Positions 1 through 11,721 of a stretch of DNA of 33,852 bases are shown here, in pieces. A program made the translations under genes and the position numbers. Positions within the stretch are counted from its first letter, which is position 1; each line of letters begins with the position of its first letter. A model generated the notes under the pieces. That model was not told the DNA's origin. It saw only the letters and a list, made by a program, of their open reading frames with translations, and did not search any database. The DNA is from Nemertoderma westbladi (taxonomy: Eukaryota; Animalia; Xenacoelomorpha): assembly GCA_032718475.1 (NCBI GenBank), contig JAUCBJ010007703.1, positions 1 through 33,852 on the forward strand, written 5' to 3'.

Positions 1-994
1 CCCGCCGTCTCTCGTCCACCCATTCGACCGCCGAAGCGGGAGTCGCCAACGTTGTAGCGGGCGGACGAGGGACAACGGGAGACAAATCTGGAATATTTCG
101 CTCGCGGTCCAGGACCTGAACTGTCTCTTGGGCAGTTCTGCGGGGCACAGGTAGCTTAGTGCTATGCAGAGGGAATTTAGAGGTAGTTTCAGGGAGCACA
201 TGTGTGTCTATCACCGAAGGGGTGATTTCAAGAACAGGCCTAATTATTTCAGGCTCATCTACTATAGTAGGGAGTCTTTCTACTCTAATTGGGTCTGAAG
301 GCTCAGGATTACTTAGATCTACACTAGCTAGTTGCCTTCTCACGGCTGTAGGCAAATCAGGCAATTTCTGCCGATGTAGCGCCCTTCTACGTCCGTTATA
401 ACGAGATTTATTTCTTCTGCCTTCAGGATCTGTTGTATCTCCTTCATCAGAGGATGTAAATCCCTGTCTCTTGGAAGTAGTCCGACTTATCAGATGCATA
501 TCACTAGCCGTTATCTGCTTATTTAAGTAATCGTGCTTCTCTTGAAGATTCTCCAACTCTAGTTGGACCTTTTCTTCAGATGCCCTCCGTTCCGCTTCTG
601 CCACTGCCATTGCCGCTGCTGCTTTTGCCTTTGCCTCTGCTTCTGCTGCTGCCGCTTTTGCCTTTGCCGCTGCTATTGCTGCTGTCTTTCTGTCTTCTAT
701 CTGTTTTTTCTTCAACTGTTGTTCCCATTCTCTAACGATGCGGATTCTTTCATCAATTTCCGCTCTATTCGCTGCCAACATTTCCGCATCTATTGCGTCC
801 AACACAAACTTGGCTCCTTCGCTATTAGGGTTAAGTCCCTCTAACCTTCTCCTCAATTCGTCATCACCTAAAAAACGTTGATAGTCTGACAGATAGATAT
901 CAATGGCATCCCTCTTATGCGGTTTCTCTGCTGTCGCTTCACTCTCCGTTGTATCTAGTAGACTGTCTGACAGGTTCTGCTTTGCGTCAGACAT
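1..994 (-). CDS. Partial ORF (>=331 codons, runs off the left edge; absent from the ORF track); coiled-coil/Ala-rich then Pro-rich; possible retroelement Gag/ORF1-like protein
   Basis: Manual translation from ATG (complement of 992-994): MSDAKQNLSDSLLDTTESE...IDERIRIVREWEQQLKKKQIEDRKTAAIAAAKAKAAAAEAEAKAKAAAAMAVAEAERRASEEKVQLELENLQEK...VEWVDERRR, no stop to position 1. Intronless. The Gag-like identity is inferred from context only. Confidence 0.55.
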   Translation of the reverse strand, partial: MSDAKQNLSDSLLDTTESEATAEKPHKRDAIDIYLSDYQRFLGDDELRRRLEGLNPNSEGAKFVLDAIDAEMLAANRAEIDERIRIVREWEQQLKKKQIEDRKTAAIAAAKAKAAAAEAEAKAKAAAAMAVAEAERRASEEKVQLELENLQEKHDYLNKQITASDMHLISRTTSKRQGFTSSDEGDTTDPEGRRNKSRYNGRRRALHRQKLPDLPTAVRRQLASVDLSNPEPSDPIRVERLPTIVDEPEIIRPVLEITPSVIDTHVLPETTSKFPLHSTKLPVPRRTAQETVQVLDRERNIPDLSPVVPRPPATTLATPASAVEWVDERRR

Positions 995-1082
995 GTTTGT
1001 GTGTACAGTTGAATGTCTACTGCTGTATTACAGTCTGAGCAAGTCTAGTAACTCAGTATTAACTGATAGCCTAGTAATTAAT

Positions 1083-1370
1083 TACCGGTACTGCTACTCA
1101 GTGTAGCGTGATATATATAATATATTAGAATACCGGTATGCTTATAGTATATATAACTATTATTACAGACTAGTTTTATCACCGAATACCGGTATAAATT
1201 TAGCACAAATATATATAAATATATAATAGGCCTATCTGGAATACCGGTATACAGCTTACAGTTTGTAGGATATATAATTCTGAAATAGAATTAATTACAC
1301 GTACCGGTATAATTTCAGCCTAGATTTATAGAAATAAGATAATAGGCCTATCGTAAATACCGGTATATCA
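1083..1370. repeat. Degenerate ~55-60 bp tandem repeat, 6 units, each with a TACCGGTA core
   Basis: TACCGGTA at 1083, 1131, 1187, 1242, 1302 and 1358 with AT-rich, loosely similar spacers. Confidence 0.55.
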
Positions 1371-2359
1371 ATTATTTTGGAATAATTGAATTTCTGAACT
1401 TTAGGGTTACTTGGTTACTTTAACTTACTTTATTACCGTTATTTAAGCAGTAATCCAACTGATATTGAGACCTAATGGTTTTATGGTAGGCCTACTATTT
1501 ATAAATCGTTAGATTTGATTTATAATGTATTTATACCCGTTTTAATGGGTTTTGTCAATGTTTGAAATAAATGTTATTATTTCTGGGGAGTAATCACTAC
1601 ACAAAGCGGTGCGCTTTCAGTGAAGTGTTACTTATAGGACACTAAAACAAATAATTCTAATTTACCTAAGTTACTTAATACTACAAATTACGTACAATTC
1701 AAATGAGATTACAATCTCTAAATAAACACAAAAATTTACAAAAACACAAAATACGAATTTTTTTAGGGTAATTTTACAAGAAGTCTACAAACCAGTCTAA
1801 CAAAGGGTTAGAAATCTGGTTATTACAACGGACAGAGTACTACGGTATTTGAAATAATAAGTAGTAGTAAATACACTGCGTTGTCTAGATAGGAAAATAC
1901 CACCGCCTGACGACCTATAGCCGTATCGCTATAGGTTCTACGTTATGTATCACGGAGTGTTCCTACCTAGAAGTTAATAGAGCTAATCGAATGTGCCTAT
2001 CAACCACTTTACAACACAAATATAATGTCTACAATAATTACTTCGGAAAGCACTGTACACTAAACCCTAAATTAGGTACAAGTACTTGTACAACAGATAA
2101 TCAGTAGTTAAATATACTTGAACAGCTAAAAGAACCACGGCATCTGCTGGAGTGACCGATGCACAAAATCACCAGTCTTTACCTACGCCGAGCAGCCCGT
2201 GTAGTACCAGGGTTAATTTAACTATAGCGGTATGTATAACAAACACAATTACTGTAGGAACAAACTTGGGGAATGAATGTTGCGGATAATCGCATAAACT
2301 CTGAATAATAAATATTACGCTACGCGTACAAACTACTCAAACAAAATACAGACCGAACA

Positions 2360-2880
2360 CTGACAGACTCCTATCAAGCCTAAACAAACTACGGTATATG
2401 CAGACTCCGAAATGATTAGGGAGTATGCGCTCTAACCCAGTAGTGCGACTTATTCTTTAGTTGGGGGTTTACCTTACAGCGTTCGCTGCCCCTACTGCCT
2501 AACCGTACTTAATCGGACAGATGATCTACACACGCGGCAATCCGTTCAGACCTAATAACAGCCAGACAACTATCCAGCCTACAAATTATCTAAATAAAAT
2601 TATACGCTACCCGTACAGACTTACACAAACAAAGTACAGACTAAACGATGGCAGACTACTCTCAAGCCTAAATAAACTACAGGACATGCAGACTCCGAAA
2701 TGATTAGGGAGTATGCGCTCTAACCCAGTAGTGCGACTTATTCTTTAGTTGGGGGTTTACCTTACAGCGTTCGCTGCCCCTACTTCCTAACCGTACTTAA
2801 TCGGACAGGTGATCTACACACACTGCAATTCGTTCGGACCTAACAGCAATCAGACAACAGCTCAGCCTACAAATCGTCTG
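2360..2880. repeat. Tandem duplication, period 288 bp
   Basis: cagactccgaaatgattagggagtatgcgctc...gatctacacac is near-identical at 2401-2533 and 2689-2822; the flanks are more diverged. Confidence 0.9.
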
Positions 2881-3214
2881 TACAATCTGATCAGGCTTAC
2901 ACGCCTTCTGTTCAATACTGGCCTACAAATAAATAAAACTTGACAGAAATAAGTAAACCATATAAAGGTATAAGGGGTGATCAATCCCTAATCCCCTAAA
3001 CAGCCTACCGGTATACAACAATCAAATCGAATAATACTAGTGTACTTATACGGAAGTACCGGTTAGGACAGCTAGGCCTACGGAATACAGAAGTACCGGT
3101 TCTAGCGGTTGGGCCTACTGACTACTGACCTACAGATGTACCGGTTCAGGTTTACCGGTGACCGGTACTTTCAACTTTATTGCTTACTGCAACAAAGAAG
3201 CTATATCCTTTAAT

Positions 3215-4050
3215 GTTCGCGCTTTCAGACCTTTGGCAGTTTAACCCGCCAAATTAAGATGTCTTCTAGATATTAAATCGCTTTTTAGCCTATGACAAGT
3301 ATTTGATTCACTACACTAGTCGAAACCAATCCGTGCGCGACCATTCACCCGCTGGATATTCCCGGGAGATTGGGTTCGACGGTTTAATTTTGTTGCTATG
3401 TAAGCCTAATGTATTATTCGACTGACAGTATTATATAATCTCTGACAATATTATTTACCTTCGGGAATATTAACAGTTCCTTTAGGACGTGGCGCTTTAT
3501 CTATATAAACAGAGTTATGACTTAAACTACTCACAACGATATGGTTTAATTATAATTCACATATATGGCGCATTCTTTAGGAATGCTTCTTTAACAGACT
3601 CACTCATACACAATGCTGCACAATTGTTCGCGCTTTCGAAGACCTTTAGCAGTTTAACCTGCCAAAATTTATATGTCTTTTCGTTAATTAAAACCACTTT
3701 AGCATACGACAATAATTTATGCTAATACGCAAAACATTAGCCGAAGTCAGCCCATGCGCGATCATTCACCCGATGGATCTACACCCGGGAGACTGAATTC
3801 GGATGCTTGAATTGTATTATTACAGTGTAAGGTTGTAGTGTATACCTAATGTATTATTCGATAGATCGTTAATAATTAATCTCTGACAGATATTATTGGC
3901 TTTCGGGAAATATTAACAGTTCCTTTAGGACGTGGCGCTTTACCTATTTAAACAGAACTAAGACTTATACTAAACGCAACGATACTGCTGCTGATTAAAG
4001 TATAAAACGTATTCTTTAGGAAATACTTTGTTACCAATCACAATCATACA
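3215..4050. repeat. Diverged tandem duplication, period ~410-440 bp
   Basis: ttcgcgctttc(a/gaa)gaccttt at ~3216 and ~3627; aatattaacagttcctttaggacgtggcgcttta at ~3466 and ~3909. Confidence 0.85.
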
Positions 4051-5677
4051 CACTATTCTGCCGACAGTCAGTATATTTGATCACACATAAAGAGAGCAGT
4101 AATTGACTCGCGTAGGGTCTGCTAAATAACATTGGATTCAATACACACCACATTAATATAAATCGCAATTGTTATATATAGCCGGTCTCTCTAACCTGTA
4201 GTGTTATCAAGAAAATTGGGAATTGGGTGATTTATCCGTATTATCCAAATAGCGATATTTCCATCAACAAATATTTACAATTAATAACTGACGGTAAAAT
4301 AACAGTACAAACAATATGATTAATGAATTAGTGAGTGATTTAAGTCAGGATTGATGAGTTAGGTAACAGTTTATACTTTCGATAATTCAAGCAGTTTACG
4401 GTACAGCAGTATTGGTTACAAAAAATGCCGGTGTTTCTGGCTTAGACAGCAATAACAACAAAAGTAACAACTCTCTCTCTCTCTCCAGTCAGAGCGAACA
4501 CTCTCCATGATTTCCAGGAAAGCTACACGTCGACAGGAAAAATCGCCCTGATTGGCCCAAGCCAAACAAAGAACCACGCTGCCAATGGCTGTTTCCATGT
4601 CAGCAACCAGCTGCTAGATGTCGTAATATGAATCATCACGGCTAAGCTGTGAAAGGTGGTTTGTGCATTACAAGTTTTTGTCTTACCATGTCCGCTAAAA
4701 CACGTATATAGCAGAATGATTTTTATGTCCGTTAAAACACCTGTAAAGGTACCTTGCGGGCGAGGGGAATATATATACAGTTAGAAAACCTTTTTTAGAG
4801 TATTCCAGCGCCGGGGGGGGAACTGGCCAGCCAAGGCAAACGTATCAGTTATCCCACAAAAGCTTTTACAACAATACTGCACACTAATCTGACGATCTTC
4901 ACTGATTTTAGTCACATATAAAAGGAACACAGACTGACTCATGTAGGGTCTATCAAATAACATTAGATTCACTTCAAACCACTTTAACATAAGTCACAAT
5001 CGTTTATCTGTAACCTTTCTCTCTTACCTTCGGTATATCAAGAATATTGGGTTTCGGGGTTATTTCTCGTTATTCCAAATATAATAATTCATCAACCATA
5101 TTATGAAGAACTGACAGTAAATAGCAGTATAACAATATAAAAGTATGCACAGTGTTACACAGTATGCAGTGTATGCAGTACTGCAGTATGCAGTGATTAC
5201 GAAATTGCAGTTTGTGTGTTTCGTCAGTTAAAGGATATATGTCCTTGTAATTAAACCTACTAGTGTTGAGCTAAAAAGCAGAAAGCACAAAACACTAAAA
5301 GCCGTTCTTTCGTGGCTTTGAAAAACTCGTGACTACTGCTCTATACGAGGATACCAACTCCCTTATTCCACGAAGCTCCCGTTCAACACAGAGAAAGAGC
5401 AGTGAGATAGGAAATTTTCAGTTCAGTGCTCTGTGATAGGTCGAAATCAAGGCTAACTCAAATTCTATTGGGAGATACAACACAAGGCTATGACGCAACC
5501 TCCCTAGGCTTGTTGGCCGATTAAACAGAGCCCAGATGCCTGCGTATAGCAAATCAGCCAATAAGCTGGTAACTTGCACTATTTTTAACTGTAGATCACT
5601 TTGAGAGTATTCTTAGCGACTGGGGGGGAACTGGCCAACAAGGCAAACGAATCAGTTATCCCACAAAAGCTTTTACA
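4040..5677 (-). repeat. Two diverged tandem ~810-830 bp units, possibly LTR-like (each begins TGTAAAAGC on the minus strand)
   Basis: A shared ~62 bp end, ggggggaactggcca...gttatcccacaaaagcttttaca, finishes at 4870 and 5677. 4041-4320 resembles 4871-5140 (gtagggtct..aaataacatt.gattca; tatcaagaa.attggg). No PBS was found. Confidence 0.6.
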
Positions 5678-6084
5678 GGAAGGGAATTACAACTCAACCA
5701 CTAGATAAAGCGGCTCTCTTTACTACATTCAGCTATCCCGGGTGGTTGATTGACAGACACTTCTAAGCTTTGATATTTAGCCGCTCTAGGTAGACTTGCA
5801 TTAGGCAAATTCCAAGTGATTTCCTAAAGGTTATTTATTTCCTATTAGGTTCCTATTAGGATCCTATTAGGATCCAATAGGACGTTATTTGAAAGCGTTA
5901 CTGTAATATTGCTCCTCAAAAGAGGTCCCTACTGTACTGCATCAGGGGCACGTTGATAGACACAGGGACAAAGCCCCGTCAGCGGAAACAGCCAGTGTCG
6001 CTAGCGGTGGGGTTGACTTGTTGAAGAGAGAGGCTATTATGAGGTGCAATGACATACGCATTGCGTATCTTCTTCAGTCAACCA

Positions 6085-7378
6085 ATAGGCAGATAGGAGG
6101 CCAGGCCCTATTAGTCTTTTTGTGTTTCAAATTTCACTATGATAAAGATTTGAAGAAAAAAATGAGGAGTGGGCGTGTCATTCGAAAGTGAAACTACAAA
6201 TGCTGTAGCGCCTACACATCATAATATGTGTCATTGTGTAGGGCAGTAGGGCTACAGTACTGAACTGTTGAATAAAGCCTTTACCAATCTGCTGTATACT
6301 GATATTAAGCTGTAAATATAAGCTGACAGGGACTGGACTGTGCAGCTGTGTGTGCGTAACCTCTGTTGCTGTACCGCATACCGGTACAATTCTGCATCGT
6401 GCAGTGCTGCAGTGCAGGCGGCTTATATCTTACTGTACCTACCTGCCTACTGCTGTACTGTCAGACTGTCTCCTAACTCCAGGTCTTACTGTCTTACCGA
6501 ACTGCCTGACTGCTGAACTGTCAGACTGTGCACTGTGTAAGCTAGCCTACCGCTGTGGCTGCAGGGCTGTACCGGTAGGCCTACGCTACATCAATACAGA
6601 TTCTCAGTCTGAGTTTACCTACATACTGCTACTGACTGACATACAGCTCAGGGCAGCAGGGTTATGGATCCTGCACAGGATGATAAACCCAACAGAACTT
6701 CTGGCGATCCGTCCAATCCCCAATCTCCGCAATCCCAATGCCCCACGTCCACGTCGCAAACTCCGGATCTACAGTGTCAATCCCCCAGCGCGCCTTTACT
6801 CGAGGATGTCCGACAAACGGACTCGCCTTTGAACGAGGTTAGGTACCGGTAGCACTTTCAGTTCTTTGTAGTTCTGTAGTTACGAGTTAGGCTCGAGCTG
6901 TCGAGCTTGGTGCTTGTGCTTGGCTGCCGGGTTTCTGGTTACAGGGTTAGGCTCTGCGCTGTGCCTAGCCTATTACTAGCTACTGAGCTATAGCTGTATA
7001 GCCTACGCCTACTGGACTGTTCCAGTCAGCAGCGGTCAGTCGGTAGATGTTATTTTTGATATTATTTCAGTAGGCCCTATTTGGTTTATGATTTCTGGAT
7101 TTACAATTTGGTGTGATTTATTGTAATATGTTTTTATAGACTGATTCTAATCTAATATCAGTAATCTGGTAATACAGTAACAGAGTAATAATAGCTGAAT
7201 AGCTGAATAGGCCTACGCATGGGGTATTGGGTATTTCTCGAATCTCGATCGGGGATCGCGATCGGGGATCGCGATCGGGATATGTAAATTAAATATATAG
7301 GTTAGATATCATATCCGCACCTCTGTCTGGTATTTTCGTTTTGCAAAAATATAACTAACCTATGTTATTGCTGTATTG
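6085..7378. other. Dense cluster of 8-bp insertion scars (5-bp duplication flanking CAG/CTG) in the UBFD1 upstream region and intron 1
   Basis: Exact NNNNN-CWG-NNNNN starting at 6085, 6239, 6402, 6438, 6448, 6457, 6484, 6501, 6517, 6557, 6649, 6869, 6893, 6937, 6978, 6989, 7090, 7161, 7176, 7190, 7198 and 7366. Confidence 0.85.
6664..6837 (+). CDS. UBFD1: UBFD1 exon 1 (low-complexity N-terminus, MDPAQDDKP...SPLNE)
   Basis: ATG at 6664; GAG|gttagg donor at 6838; phase 0 matches exon 2. Not a conserved region, so it is supported by frame and splice signals only. Confidence 0.7.
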
Positions 7379-7545
7379 AGTTACCGTACAGAGTTATCTT
7401 TTATTGTTTTGGTTAGAAAAGCCCGCGCCGCCACTCCACTGAAGCCTGCTCCTTTCCATTGATTAAGAAATATTTTGCTCCTTTCCCCTAAATTTTGTCA
7501 GTGGTGCGCGTGCATATGGACGATAACCAATTATTTTATTTTTAG

Positions 7546-8038
7546 GAACTCAATTCTTCGCCCAAAAGTAAAGGTGTTGCTATTTTACCGTCGCCGTCGG
7601 TCACTAACGGTTTAGGCGCAGACAAACCGAATTCTCCGTGCGAAATCATTCGTTCCGATATTGTAGTGGCGTCAACGAATGAGACAGTTACCTCAGCCAC
7701 TGACCCTGCTGTGGCGTCAGCAACTGATGTAGTTATGACGCCGGCCCCTTGTGATAAGGTGACGTCAGTGACTGAATCCACTCCGACACAACAATTGACG
7801 TCAGTTAATGACGAGAGTATTACGTCAGCTGCTGATGATACTATGACGTCAGCTACTGACGATGCTATAACGTCAGCTACTGACGATGCGACGACGTCAG
7901 CATTAGATGAACCGTCAGAGAAGCGGCCACGGGAGATGGTTTCGTTTCGGGTCGTTTACATGAAGAAACCGTTGGAAATAACATTCGACTTAGACGACAC
8001 CGTTCATAACCTTAAAACTCACATAACAGAATTAACCA
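7546..8038 (+). CDS. UBFD1: UBFD1 exon 2 (Thr/Ser/Asp-rich region, then start of the ubiquitin-like domain)
   Basis: ttattttatttttag|GAA acceptor; encodes ...EMVSFRVVYMKKPLEITFDLDDTVHNLKTHITELT; A|gttagt donor, phase 1. Confidence 0.85.
7798..7910 (+). repeat. Coding 24-bp tandem repeat (TSATDDAx-like octapeptides) in UBFD1 exon 2
   Basis: acgtcagc(t/a)... recurs every 24 bp; translation TSVNDESI TSAADDTM TSATDDAI TSATDDAT TSALDEPS. Confidence 0.8.
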
Positions 8039-8402
8039 GTTAGTTTATTTATATTAAACTTCCTTTGTTTTTTATATATGTTGTAATAGTTCAACCGATG
8101 CGATATCTGACTAGGCCTATTCATCCAAAATTAAAATATGCAACCCTCCCTTAGATTATGTAACTTTTATGAGACATCTACAAAATAATATAAAACAAAT
8201 AATAAATAAAACTAATACAAAACAATATTATATTATTAATATATTAATAATCTAATATTGTTTTGTTAAACAAACGAAGTGAGTGAGTGCAAATAATGAT
8301 AGAGGGATCAGCACATTGTGAATTTTGCCAGAAACGTTAATTAATTTGAGATTGTAACACATTTTTGCGTAGCGCGATTGTTTTAATGCCCTTCTATTTT
8401 AG

Positions 8403-8585
8403 ATGTGCCTCCACAAATGCAAAAACTGATGTTTAAAGGATTAATGCGAGATGAAGAAAGTTTACGGCAGTGCCGCATCATGGGCGGGTCTAGGATAATG
8501 TTGGTTGGTTCCACAATCAATGACGTCATATCTGTAAATAGTAAACCCGACAGTAAAGAATTGAATGCGCCAAGTACCTCAGTAG
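8403..8585 (+). CDS. UBFD1: UBFD1 exon 3 (rest of the ubiquitin-like domain)
   Basis: cttctattttag|AT acceptor; (N)VPPQMQKLMFKGL...SRIMLVGSTINDVISVN matches recalled UBFD1 LPPAMQKVMYKGL...KIMVVGSTINDVLAVN; G|gtgaga donor, phase 1. Confidence 0.92.
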
Positions 8586-8672
8586 GTGAGATAAACGAAA
8601 GACCAGTAACGCTATATCTATTAACAATCAGATAAAAAGAGGACCAGTTGAAATACTGGGAGCAAAACTTTG

Positions 8673-9258
8673 GATAGGAGTAGCGCCCACCCCTACCTTC
8701 GGGTAGCAGATAGGAGTAGCGCCCACCCCTACCTTCGGGTAGCAGATAGGAGTAGCGTCCACCCCTACCTTCGGGTAGCAGATAGGAGTAGCCCCCACCC
8801 CTACCTTCGGGTAGCAGATAGGAGTAGCGCCCACCCCTACCTTGGGGTAGCAGATAGGAGTAGCGCCCACCCCTACCTTCGGGTAGCAGATAGGAGTAGC
8901 GCCCACCCCTACCTTCGGGTAGCAGATAGGAGCAGCGCCCACCCCTACCTTCGGGTAGCAGATAGGAGTAGCGCCCACCCCTACCTTCGTGTGGCAGATA
9001 GGAGTAGCGCCCACCCCTACCTTCGGGTAGCAGATAGGAGTAGCGCCCACCCCTACCTTCGGGTAGCAGATAGGAGTAGCGCCCACCCCTACCTTCGGGT
9101 AGCAGATAGGAGTAGCGCCCACCCTCTACCTTCGGGTAGCAGATAGGAGTAGCGCCCACCCCTACCTTCGGGTACAGATAGGAGTAGCGCCCACCCCTAC
9201 CTTCGGGTAGCAGATAGGAGTAGCGTCCACCCCTCCTTAGGGTAGCAGATAGGAGTAG
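8673..9258. repeat. 36-bp GC-rich minisatellite (gggtagcagataggagtagcgcccacccctaccttc), ~16 copies, block 1
   Basis: Near-perfect tandem units; source of the spurious repetitive ORFs at 8383-9159. Confidence 0.97.
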
Positions 9259-11721
9259 CAGGGATCGTACGGACTGGTGCTTAGATCGTGGCTTTTCCAG
9301 TTAACATTATTCCATAAAACAAGTTATGTGGTTGGAGAAAGCTGCTACTAAGCATAAGCAGCAACCAATCGCGTTAATCCTGTTTAACACAGAGTCAATG
9401 AGAATGGAATATTGCTAACATGAGAAAGTTCAGGTTAACATTATTCCATATCTCAGTATCTGTATTCGCTATTCTATTTATTACTGTATTAGGCCCTACT
9501 CCTACCCTTGCTGGCCTTGTCTGTTTCATTATACAAGTTATATATACCGAAAGCAGTCAGGCAGAACAGTAGGTACAGCAAAGCAAATTATTAAGAATTG
9601 AAGCAACTGCAACAGTAATTAATCTACAGTAGTAGCCAATACCTAATAGATAACAGATTTTGTTAATTCAATACTTTAAGCTTTAAAGGGGCCTTATTAT
9701 TTCTCATGGTAGTTACATGGGAGCAAAAAAACGATTAGAAGACGAAAAAACGAAGGACGATTAAAAATTATTAAAAATTAATGAGACGAGACGGGACGTA
9801 GTGTAGTGGAATGTAATTTATGCGATAAGAAGTACACAACAACCTCTGCGTTATCGAGACACAAACAAAAATTTGATAAAGGAGAACAGACAGCGAAGCG
9901 AAGCGAAACTAAACCATTCATTTTCACGTTGTCCAGCTTGCCAGCACTTCTTTCTGCAACTCGCGTGTCGGGAATGCTACAGCACAGACAATCCTTGGGC
10001 CAATTGAATGGATAGGACAGTATGATGTAGCGTTTGCACGGGTGTAAACACTACGCCGACAACCGTCAACCACTGCCGACAATGTGAAATGTGAAAATGT
10101 AACCTGAGTTCGTAACTCTCGTTTATTGTTTTGGTTAGACTAACCTTCCACTGTAACCTGTTCCTTTCCCTCAATTAATAAATAACATTAATTAGCTTTA
10201 ATAATGGTTGTCGGCGTTGGTTGTGTTATGGCCTAGCATTTAAACTCCGTTTGCACGAAGTCAGTAAGTGGTTGGTATCATAAAAATTCTGTGAATAAAA
10301 CACAACACGAGTTTCAGGGTGATGAACTGATATGTGCTGATGTGAGACCTGTCTGCCTGTATTTTGCCCACTTTGAATATTACTACGTGGCAAAGTACTT
10401 CAATGAGATATTGTATTAGTGCAGTATGTTTATTACTAAACCAGACAATTTGACAGACATTTGCAGTTTACATCATTGTACTGTAATTAAACTAATCCAC
10501 TTATACTACACGCGATCTTATATTATATGCATATATAATGCATATAATATTGCATTATTATAATGATATAATATTATATCATTATATTATTGATATAATA
10601 ATCAATAATTATAATCAATAATAATATAAGCATATATTATGTATCATGCCTGGTATTGTACCATATAATATTATATGGCTTACTCGATTACTAACTGACT
10701 AACACTAGCAGCTTAATTACTGTAATATCTGATTACTTTGGAATAATGGTAACCTGAACTTTTTGAAGTTAGCAATATTCCATTCTCATTGACTCTGTGT
10801 TAAACAGGATTAATGTGATTGGTTGCTGCTTAGTAGCAGCCACTAGCAGGTTTCTCCAACCACATCACTTGTTTTATACAAAATGGAATAATGTTAACTG
10901 AAAAAGCCACGATCTAAGCACCCGTACGGTACTACCGCTACCGCAAATACCACGCTTTTTACTACCGTTACCGCAAATGCCAACTACTACGGTATTTGCG
11001 GTATATAGTTGGTTTTTAGTTTTTTTCTATTTACCGTAGGCAAATTTCCTATTGGGGTGCTGCTTCTGCCTGCCCATTGAATTTATGTTAATTTGATAAT
11101 TGAAAAATAAGTACCTAAGAAATAAAACCTTTACTATAAACTGTGTTTCTAATTTAAGTTGAAGTTCATTGCATATCAATCATTCATGTCTTAACAGGCT
11201 GAAACAGCAGCAATTGTGTTCAAATTATTTGAAATCGGTAAATAATTTTCTAAAATAATAATCCTGATTTCGTATAACTATGAAATTAATAAGATATTAA
11301 ATCATTATGATACGAAAAAATTACGAAACATTTTCATATCATATCGCATTTTCTTAAAATCACATTCATATCATATTGTATCCTTTTTATACGGTACCTT
11401 CAAAAATCACCATATATGCAAAATAACGTTCATCCATCATTGCAGCAGTTATACATTATATATGAAAAATTGATTCGCATTGTAGCGTATTTTCTGTCAA
11501 CAAAAACAAATTAAAATTTATTAATTCAAGAAAACAATTTACCAAAAATAAACGCCACAATTTAAAAAAAAAGTCGTCAAAAAGTGAGCATCTAACTTCA
11601 TTAATCCAGCTAAATTGACCGCATTGATTGCAACTACCGCTACCGCGGTAAATACCACTAACGCAAAGCCATGCCATTACCACTACCGCTACCGTAAAAA
11701 TTGACTACCGTGCGTTCCCTG
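9259..11721. mobile_element. Non-autonomous hAT-like DNA transposon inserted into the minisatellite
   Basis: Termini CAGGGATCGTACGG / CCGTGCGTTCCCTG (14 bp, 2 mismatches); 8-bp flanks AGGAGTAG at 9251-9258 and 11722-11729; subterminal ctaccg repeats. Confidence 0.8.
9276..10922. mobile_element. Long-TIR non-autonomous element (MULE-like) nested at the left end of the hAT element
   Basis: ~170-180 bp imperfect TIRs (9276-9448 vs 10739-10922, starting GGTGCTTAGATCGTGGC); flanks cgtacgg-act (9266-9275) and cgtacggtact (10923-10933) fit a 10-11 bp TSD. Confidence 0.75.

Noticed and set aside
159-1106. Plus-strand Cys-rich and Ser-rich ORFs
   Set aside because: Antisense shadows of the longer minus-strand ORF at 1-994.
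1906-1940. Hammerhead ribozyme (CTGACGA + stem)
   Set aside because: The conserved GAAA after stem II is missing.
6165-6212. Promoter motifs (gggcgtgtc GC-box-like; aactacaaa ZNF143/THAP11-like half site)
   Set aside because: The position is plausible, but the matches are short and partial and there are no TSS data.
6350-6832. 160-aa ORF overlapping UBFD1 exon 1
   Set aside because: Non-ATG start, no recognisable homology, and largely built from the CTG/CAG insertion scars.
8383-9159. Repetitive ORFs (GATPICYPKVGV / SSAHPYLRVADR / GRGGRYSYLLPE)
   Set aside because: These are translations of the 36-bp minisatellite in several frames within intron 3.
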